Below, piece by piece: positions 49,701 through 60,100 of a DNA stretch of 64,000 nt (position 1 is the first letter of the stretch; each line of letters begins with the position of its first letter). The translations under genes and the position numbers were made by a program. The stretch is from Magallana gigas (Eukaryota), in NCBI RefSeq assembly GCF_963853765.1, contig NC_088853.1, forward strand, positions 66,278,001-66,342,000. Direction: 5' to 3'. The notes beneath the pieces were generated by a model. That model saw nothing but the letters and a program-made list of their open reading frames with translations. It did no database searches and had not been told where the DNA came from.

Positions 49701-51769
49701 TCGCTGTTTAAGTCCTAATAGTATTTCTTTCAGCAAGCATTGCCCCCTGCTCGAATAATTCCGCACCTTAATTATTGACGCCTAAGCTATTTTTGATATG
49801 TTTGGTCATCCATTCTGGCATTTGCGACGTTGTGAAAAAATTTACACTCAAACATACACAAACAAAATGTGATAAAAAAGAAAAGAATTAACATTCCTCG
49901 GTAGGAAAAAAATGTTGACTTATACAAGCCCAATGTATTAAAACACTGCAGCTGCCATGATGAGGCTGTGAGGGCGTGTGCTTTACACCCCGATTGACTT
50001 AAACAAATCAAAGAGAGCTAACAATGAACATTTTAGAAACACGGATTATAAAAAAGTGAAAACAAACAAAGAGAAAATGAAACAACAGAAACGTAAACCA
50101 ACTAAATTATCAATTGATATATGAGGAATGATAAACGAACGTAAAATTATTACATACAATATCCTTGGCTATCTTTTACTCGCACACGTCAAAACAGCAA
50201 TGTTTATATAGCTTTAACAGTTAATAAACTTGAAATGGCTACACTGAAAACAATGAAATTCTGTGCTAAATTCAGCACATATTGACCCTTTGAAATTTAA
50301 AAGGAAAATTAATTAGCATTGAAAAGAAATATTTTTTTAACCAACCAATATAACTGAAAGCACCTGTATAATAGCAACACCATATTGTTCTAAATGAAGA
50401 TCAACCGTGCATGCCTGATATTACAAATTCAATATTGGAGATTAAATATTTGATACCACCGGTATCAAAGGAACATCAGCTTGTTTATATACACTTGCCT
50501 ACAAATAAATGTTTCTTTGACTATGGTTAAATGATCACAAGTATGAATTATTTCGCGCAGAACGAATACAATAAAATTTGTAAGAATACAATGTACTTTG
50601 CATATTTTAGTGATATTGCTCGCCTCGTGTGTACCCCCTCCCCCCCCCCCCCCCCCAACCTCAAATACTCTTTTACCCGGCGTGAACATGTGTATTTTAC
50701 CTTTAATACATGTGCGTTTGTGGAAGCTGGATAGGAAACAAATTAGCCATCCTTTCTACCTCAAATTTTAAGATATGATTCGTTTAGCTTTAAACTATTA
50801 TTAAGTAATGAAAACAATTCATACATTGCACTTTTTAAATATAGGTATTTTCTAATATTTTTATATAGTGCTGATCTTTTAAAGAAGATCAATACTGTTT
50901 AAGAATGGGAACGGCCGTCGAGCATTCTTAAATCCGCTGTGTGTAAGTAAAGAGAAATTGACCAATGAGAGTCAATCAGATCAGATCTACATTGATTTAT
51001 TCATTTTGTTTTATAAAGATTCTTTTTTTCTGAAATAAAATACTTTATGAGGCTACTTTTGGCATTGTTTTTAATATAGAATAACAATTAAATTACAGGT
51101 GTAGAAACGATAAGTTTGGGTCGTTAATTCAAGCGCTAAGCAAATCTAAGCGCTTAAATGTCGTAAGACTTCTACTTCCGGTGCAACGAAGAACCACCCC
51201 CTATGAGCAGAAGTTAACTAAATTTAAACTGGTTAGGGAAACAGTTTCAGGCGTTTGTACACGCTAGTACGGACTATTGTGAATTTTAATGTACGTGGCT
51301 AACATACATCATTGCACGCGCTGCCACGCAGTGATGCGGAAATGTATTGCGTATACAGAAGCTGAAACGTTATATACATATACCTTTTCTATACAAACAG
51401 AAGCTGGGTTAGCGCTATTCAGTACTATCAGTACTTTGATTAATTATTAATATTGCATATACCGACTTGTGTATGCCTACTTGTCATAAATGTAAAGACG
51501 TTGTATGTGAGTTTACCATTACCATTGAGTGGACTTATGTCAAACTCTTGTTGAAGACATTCTCTTCATTTAAGATGTTTTATTCATTTTATTAACTTTT
51601 ACACCTCACTTTTGATTTAGTTGACTCACTAGAATTGAAGGTTTACTCTATGACATTTGTCACTCGTGTTTGATCCAATCGCAGCGTTTAAAACAGGCGC
51701 TTGTAAAAAGAAAAAAAAACTTTAGAAGAAACACATGTGAGTTATTTGGTAAAAAACATTCAGGCGCAC

Positions 51770-52860
51770 AATATTCAATTGATTATAATAAACAAAAATT
51801 CACATTAAAGGGTATTATTTCATAGAAGTACAATAAGAAAAGAATGCCTGACAAATAGTTTGGACGGTGCATTTTAAGAATTCCAAGGAAAGTATGATAT
51901 TGGCGTTGTTCTTCCTAAAGTGATTCTCATTGCAGGTTCATAGAATCGTTTTTTAATGTTGGGGAGGGTCAAATTTATCTAAAAAAAAAACCTTGACAAG
52001 CAAATAAAAAACCAAACAAAGAAGAAGTAAGTTTCAAGACCATAAAAAACAACTGCGGGGTTGGTGTGGGGTAGGGCGATTTTGGGGTGGGGGTGCAGAG
52101 CATATCTTTAACTTCATATAACAATTATCTTGCTGTTAGTTTCCTTCCTTTCAATTCATTTTTTTACACCCCCCCCCCAAAAAAAAAGTGGGAGGCCGTT
52201 TCCATTTTAATCACCTTTTTACATCTTAAATAAAACACAATGTTTGCTGCGAGAAAGAGCAGGGGGAGGGGTGGTACAGGCCGTACTGCCCCCCCCCCCC
52301 ATGCTACGCACTTTCATTGAGATGATGCAAGCTGTTTGTAATTGAAAAATATATTTAACAGTTTTGTCCAGTGGATCTGGTTATTTAATAAGCAGTTTAG
52401 AATTATATTACGAAGATATTTGGCGATTTGGTTCCGTCTTCGTACAGGCTATTTACAAGGGAATCAATAAAAGTACATGTATTGATCATTATATTCAACG
52501 AGAACAATTGGTTTATATAACATTAAAAAGACGGAAATAAACCGACACAAGCACACATTAAACAGATATTTACTGTCATCATCTTAAATTGCTCAATAAA
52601 TCCATTTAATATTAACAAGCAAAAAGCAAAAAAAATAAAAAAAAAAAAATAAAAAAATAAAAATTAAACAGACTTAATCAAATATCTTACTAACAAAAAT
52701 ATAAGCAATGTTTTGTTGTTCTAAGTGACAACATTCGAAAAGCAGTTGTAATCATTTTTTATAGCCGTTACATTTAGATACATATTTATAAACAGCACTA
52801 TCACAAATCGGTATTTCGTAGATTTTTTTTTCTAGATATGTTAAAAAAAAATACAGTTAT
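51770..52860 (+). repeat. Dispersed copy of the 33.5-34.5 kb repeat
   Basis: Colinear blocks from attcaattg..aaacaaaaattcacattaaagggta to cactatcacaaatcg. Confidence 0.7.
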
Positions 52861-53528
52861 ACCCTATCACCAGAGCAGGATATAAAGTCAAAACCTGCAA
52901 AAGAGCAAGACTGTCATTAAAAAGAGAGAAGACAGACCTGTTGAAATATCAAATTTTACATTTCTTTGTGTTTTCGATTAAATTCACATTAGCATAACCT
53001 GACACAATAGGAATTAATGTTATAAAAACATACAAAAGAAAGAAAAAAAAGGAAACACGCCAGACCCATTTTTTTTTACATTGTACGCTACATTTGATTC
53101 CGTTATTTTTCTAATAATATTGACCTCTTGAAATTTAAAAGCTTTCTGTTGATAACACAAAGATATAGAATCGCATGCATGTATTTTCACATACCGTGTC
53201 ATTTAATATGGTAATATTTATTAGTTATACATGTAGGAGAACATGAGGTCTGTTAGCTACCTTATCTAACCTCCATTGAGAAACCTTTACTGCTCAATGC
53301 GGTTGCAGAAAAAAAAATAAGTGATTTATGTGTTAACTCGATGTACCCTGGTAATGTTCTTTAAAGGTTTTTTTTATTGGTTGCAAATATTGTTGTTGTT
53401 GCATAGTAACGTCACAGTGAAAAGTGTTTATCCACAGGCATCAGCAATAAACAGTGATCATATTGCTATACATTGTAGTTTAGTTGAAGGGGAGGTACAG
53501 ATGTCACTGTGTTGATATAAAACACATC

Positions 53529-53530
<2 letters not shown>

Positions 53531-53580
<50 letters not shown>
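53531..53580. repeat. (CT)n microsatellite (others at ~34597, ~35503, ~37446, ~38372)
   Basis: Pure CT run. Confidence 0.95.
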
Positions 53581-53583
<3 letters not shown>

Positions 53584-54045
53584 TGTAACGCAGCAGTAAA
53601 AATTGTTCATCTACAGGCATCATTAAACGCTAATCTTGTTAGTGTATTTAGACATTTTGTTGACGGAGAGATACAGATATCACTGTGTATGTGAGACTCC
53701 TTTCGTCTGCTCTAAGAGAAGTATTTGTACTTGTACTTATCCCAGGTGATTATTTTTTTTTATGATCCACTGAAAAATTTCAAAATTCGGTTAACATTGC
53801 GTTGTGTCTAAATTATTCAAAACTTTCACAATAATATGTTTTGTTATTGATTTGCAATAAAATGTGATTATTAGCATCGTGTTTATGTTTCATATACTTC
53901 AAAAACACATTATATCATCGTTATAAGTGCTGATAAAAAAAAGAGAAAAAAACTTTTAAAAAATAAATTCTGACGGCAGTGAAATTAGTAATAGTGATTT
54001 ATCAGAGAGTGCAAATTTGTGAGAGCCGGCATTCTTATTAAAACT

Positions 54046-54109
54046 ATGATGCCGTTAACTTGTGTCTTGCTTACTCTGGTTGTATTTATGCCTAATCTAA
54101 TGACGGGAT
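54046..54109 (+). CDS. Gene C exon 1, signal peptide
   Basis: MMPLTCVLLTLVVFMPNLMTG + T|gtaagt. Confidence 0.8.
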
Positions 54110-57100
54110 GTAAGTACACGAATTACTAACTTGTTTTGCAATGCTTTACTTTTGATCGCACGAATGTTCATTTTTTCTTTACATTTGTAAACAAGTGATT
54201 TTTTTCATTTGTTTAAATTAAGGTGTTTTTTCTTTAAAAAACTGTTATAAAATACTGTCTTTTTCTATGTTTACCATATTAAACAGTATGTCTTAAATTA
54301 CCTCATAACACTTATGAACGACAATATCTTTTTAGAACATATATTAAAAAATCCTTAAGTGTAGTTGTTGTATTTTTTTCCTCGTTAAATAAAAAAAATG
54401 GTAAAATGATATATTTTGTGAGTGTTAAATTTGACTGGTACTGTTCTTATATCAAGATTTGTTCGTTATCATTTAACAAAATAATTAACAATATATGTCT
54501 AATATACATTATGCTCTAATTAAACCAAATCTTAGCACATTTAAGATATTACTGTTAAATAAAAATTGTGAATGTGATTTTTTTTTTACTTATGAACCCA
54601 AAGATAACCTAGCGTATAAAAAACCGACATGGCAGACACTTGACAAGTATTCGTCGGACAAGGCAGTGGATGGACTGTATACTAATCTATCAGCAAATGG
54701 AAACCAGTGCGCCGTATCTTTTGCCTCGTCTGAAGTCACGTGGTTAGTTGATTTAGAGACAATAAACAGTATCAGTAAGATTGTATTGTACCACGTGACA
54801 GAGGGATCTACATTTGGTAAGCTCATTTCACTTTTATAAAGTGTTTCTTTCTTTCTACTTACGAGTCTTTTTTTTAACAAATATTAAAGAAAGCACACGC
54901 AACCAACTGGATAATTCATAAATAAACATTAAATCTGTACTTTAAAAAATATTACTACAATGATTTTCTTTTAAGTTTTGTTATGATATCGATTTTGGAA
55001 ACAGTGAAAGGTATCCATCTAACACAGATTTGGGCGTTTTTGTGGTCCAGAAAAAATCTTAATGACTTCATTCCCATGTTTTTATGATTCAGAAAACTTT
55101 TGAGGGATTGAGTGACACACAGAAACAGCATATAAAACACATTAAATTGATAATTTCATCTTTTTTATTCCTGTTTTTGTATTTGCTACTTTCTAATAGT
55201 TTGCATAATGCTTCAATGGATAAGAATAACTTGGGTTTTTTTCAAATTTTACGTTTGATATTTTCAGCTATGCTACTACGTTTTACCAAAAATTGAAGGT
55301 TAAGCAACTATCTGAATTATTTCAAAATTTCATAAAGATTAACCAGTTTCCGTCATTGTTTTCTGTATTACTTTGATTGTTTTGAACATCAAATGTAAGA
55401 AACAATGTTTAACGCAATGTCTTTTTCATTTGGACGGGGAATATTAAGAATTATGTCATTAAAATTTATTTTTACATCGATGAATACATAAAAATCTATT
55501 TTCTTTTAAATCTTCAATATCAGTGGTTATTGCTGTTCTTTAAAAGATAATATAAGATGATTCCATATTGTACATTGACACCTACATTCNNNNNNNNNNN
55601 NNNNNNNNNNNNNNNNNNNNNNNNNNNNNNNNNNNNNNNNNNNNNNNNNNNNNNNNNNNNNNNNNNNNNNNNNNNNNNNNNNNNNNNNNNNNNNNNNNNN
55701 NNNNNNNNNNNNNNNNNNNNNNNGCATAAAAAGGAGTTGATATATATATATTGAATGGTGTTTTGTTAAATTCAGAGCGATTGGTATGCTGTTACTTTTT
55801 TCATAATATGTGAATAGTTGGTGTAATATGTATATACAAATAAATAGTAACCTAAGTTTTATTTAAAGTATTAGATTTTACTTTTTGGGTATCAATGAGA
55901 TATATTATCCTGTTTTATACACACAAAGCTGACAGCGTCTATGCAAGCAGATTCCTCGGTTTCTCCGTATATGTATCAAACTCAACCAACAAGAAAGATG
56001 GAGTCCTGTGTTATCACGACACCAACTACACGGTATCAACCATTACGTCTAGGATAGCCATTGAGTGTATTTCCCAAGGCCGCTATGTGATATTCTACAA
56101 CACAAGAGAAGGGAACTTGTCATTGAAAATTGGCTATTCTGATAAAGTGGAGATTAGTTTATGTGAAGTTGAAGTATATGGTAATATTTATTATCTTTAT
56201 ATTTTTTTCTTATATTATCCTTCATCTTTATGACTAAAAAGGTATATCTTACTTCTGTTTCTATCTTTTGCGAAAACAAAACAAAATTTAAAAAAAAATC
56301 AGAACTGTGTCTTTTTATAGTAATTAATATATAAAAGAATACAAAAATGTCATCATTTCATGAGATATCAAGCAATCATAATATGATCATATTCTTTTAA
56401 AAATCATACATGTAATTTCAATTCATGTGTAGCTAATATGACACATTTTGTAAATACTGGACGATTCTATATTTATGTATGCATCATCTCTCTGTACTGT
56501 CTTTGTTTTATTTTATAACAACAAGGATGTCCTTTGGGATTCTATGGCGGGGATTGCTTAAAGACTTGCCCAGTTAATTGTCACCATTGTAACTACGAAT
56601 CTGGAAAATGTCTCGGAGGCTGTCGCCGTGGTTTTTCCGGACACTTTTGTAATTCTTATGAACGAAGTGAGTTAGTTTAGTTGTTTTTTAATGAATTCTT
56701 TTTGAACTGCTATAAGCCAGCTTTCATTCACGTGAGAAAAATGTTCTTGAGACTTTCGTCGATGCATCAATTTTCTCGCCCCGAATCACTTATTGTCTTA
56801 TGGTTGATTTAGCAAAACAGATATTCGAAATGCTTGTCGCAAAAATAAGTCGCAGAGTACCATTAATGTCTGGTAAATCGCAAATGAATGTCGTCCTGTA
56901 TAAAAGTTGTTGGGTTACCGAAATTGAAATAGCATTGTAAAATAATTAATTTTTGTTTGAAATGTACCATCTTACTAAAAATGGCAGAAAAATAGTTCGT
57001 ATCGTGCAAAAAAGTTGTCTAGGTGAAGTAACTAACGTAAAAATAAACGTATTAGTCTGCCATACATGACGTTTGAAATTTGTGAAATCATACCATTTAA

Positions 57101-60100
57101 GCCATCACTTGGCCATTTTAATAAACAATTAATGGCTGATAATTAAATTGTAACGAATTAACGTAATAGCTTCCAAATTTACAAATATGAGATAAGTTGA
57201 AATAGTTTAATTCTTAAAAAGCGCAGACAGACCAATCAATTTTATATTCGAATAAACTTGTAAGCTGTTGATTTTATTCCCTATACAAAAATTAAAATTG
57301 AAAAACGATGTTTTTACGACTGTTGACTTCTATAATGCCGTTTGAAACCCAGTGACTTTTATTCATGATAAACAACATTTTTACATTCTTTAGATATTAT
57401 AAAAGTGAAATATTCTAATTTATATGAATAGTGTCCTAAGGTTCATATCAATAACACATCGTTATGTTTTTCCTATTCAGTTAATTTGGCATTACATCGC
57501 CCGACTTTTCAACTACATACACTGTTTGACGGACAACCAAGTTCCAGACTCGTTGATGGTAAAAAGAGTGATCTGAGTATATACAACGGTCAATGCACCT
57601 CTACTAAAAACGGCCAAACGTTTGTAATGTGGAGGGTGGATTTAGAAAAACTTCGTCGCATTGAACGTATTGTTGTTTACTCCAGAACGGATAACAGAAT
57701 ATGGGGTGAGATAAATAAATCTGTTATATTTCTCTTTGCATTAAATGTATAAATCAAATATACACATAAACAAATGAATATTCATATATTATTATTTTGC
57801 TTAAAATTAAATGATTTAAATATATTGTTTTGACAGATGGAGATAACCAATTTTCAAAAAGATTACTAGGATTTTCAATTATTGTTTCGAACACCACTAA
57901 CCACAAAGATGGCGTCATTTGTTTCCACGACCAAATATACAACAAGAATACAATACCATCGGTGGTGGATATTCTCTGTTCCGTCGTTGGACGCTATGTT
58001 ATATATTACAATGAGAGACTACCAGGAGTCACATACTATGCAGAACATAGTCAATATGCTTTTGCTGACCTCTGCGAAGTAGAAGTTTACGGTACCTACT
58101 GATGATATCAATAAAACAAAAAAAGGTGCATACTGTCTTTACATTTAAACTAGATAATTTGTAATGTTTATTTTCAGGTTGTCCTTTAGTCCAGAGTAGG
58201 TTTCAAGACGAGGCCTGCAGACTCATGTGTCTCGAAATGTGTAGGAAGGGTGAGTATATACGCTTGCTTTATTACAATTATTCTTTCTGTAGTTGTAAAT
58301 AAAATACTTTTAAGTGTAATATATCTTGAAAAAGATATTTGCATTATAAATAAAAACAAATCATTCAAATACACAAAAACAGATAAAACGAACTTTAAAA
58401 AATTAAAGTATTTTGGAATCATTTAAGTTTGTTTGGCCAAATTGTGTGGATTCCTTGAAAATTACAAATTTGGAAAGGAGATTATTTCTTGTTTTATCTT
58501 TGACCAACAAAATAAAAAATGATTGTATAACCCTACAAATTAATTCAACATGAGCCATAAAATCCGAGCCATCAGTTTAATATTTAAATATTATACTGGA
58601 AAGGGACATTGATGGCAATATAACAACATCAGTTTGTGAAAAACGTGATGACTTAAAATATATATCAATATACCTTCATCACCTGTATATGGAGATTTCG
58701 TATCTAAGTTACTGCGATACGCAAAGACATGCTCCTGGTATGAATAGTTTTTACATGAGGCAATCTACTGTCAAACAGGTTGATGAAAAAAGATCTATCA
58801 ACAGTCTCGATTGAATTCATTACTTTATATAACCAACGCTTAGTAATACAAACAATGCAAACACATATAAAATAAGCTGGTGTTTTGGAATGTCTTGATC
58901 GCCTTAGAAGGATATCAAAAATACTCCACAGACTGTAACAAATTATTCAGCAGGATCAACATACTATACACTGTCCTAAGTTTTTTCTTCCACCATTGTT
59001 CGGTTGATATTTCGATAATAATAATTACTTTTGTGTTCAGACTAGGTTCATCAACTGATATAAAAATGTCCAGATTATGTCTTGAAACGTCCCTTCGTTC
59101 GCTTCAGGGTTCAATATCGAACCCGAATGATATCTTTGATATTGTGCGAGGTATTTAGTGTGAGTTCCAAATTGTGAAACGATTGAAACATATCCAATTA
59201 CAAATCTTCGTAAGAAATTTGTTTTCGTTCATGAGAGTTTATTTGTCAATAAAGATACACGTATCTTGAATTTTTACTTTTATTGATTTCAACTGTATTT
59301 TTTTTCATAAGTATGTGCATTTTGATTAAACAATTATAAAAAAATGAGGGAAGAAAAACATGGGACATACTAAAGACGAACAGTTATTTTGCTACACGTA
59401 TGTTTTTTGTATTGATCGAGTTATTCCCATATGACAATATTTAAAACGTGGCATGGTTAACCACACGTCTGAGGAGGTACATGAAATAGACCATATCAAA
59501 AGTAGCATTTGATGTTGAAGCCAATCAGCTATTATTCAAGACCAGTTAAGACGACATTTTGATTCATCATATTATTTGCATATTTAAATGATCAACAAAA
59601 CGTTGTAACATCTTCGTGCAAGGTAAAAATGATCCGATGAAATTGGAGCACTAATACCCAACGGCAATTAATAAATGTCCGAAAGTACATTTACATCATT
59701 TTATCTGGAAAAAAAAAATATTTTAGAGCACCAGTCCAGTTTAGCAACTGGATTCACTAAGGAGAAGTTCCTCATTAATTAACCTATTAAATTGAAACAT
59801 TCGTGTACTTTCAATGTATGTAGAAAAACAGTTGGGTTATAGTTTAGGGGATTCATGAAGTTATACCGTGGTCATTTAAAAACAAATCATTAACACTCTC
59901 TATTCTGCAAAAAAGAATCAAAGGTTTTGTTTTTAATTTAAGATCTAGAAAATCTCAGTTACAAGAAAAGAACTTGGCAGTCTGCGACATATTCCTCTTC
60001 GGGAACAAGCGATAAAGCAGTTGATGGACGATATACGTCACGCCATTACTCAAGTGGACAGTGTGCTATATCAAAACCATCAACACAAATAACATGGTGG

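Noticed and set aside
49490-49800. Pyrimidine-rich block reminiscent of a DIRS/Ngaro-type terminal repeat
   Set aside because: Resemblance is from memory only; no second copy or coding remnant in the window
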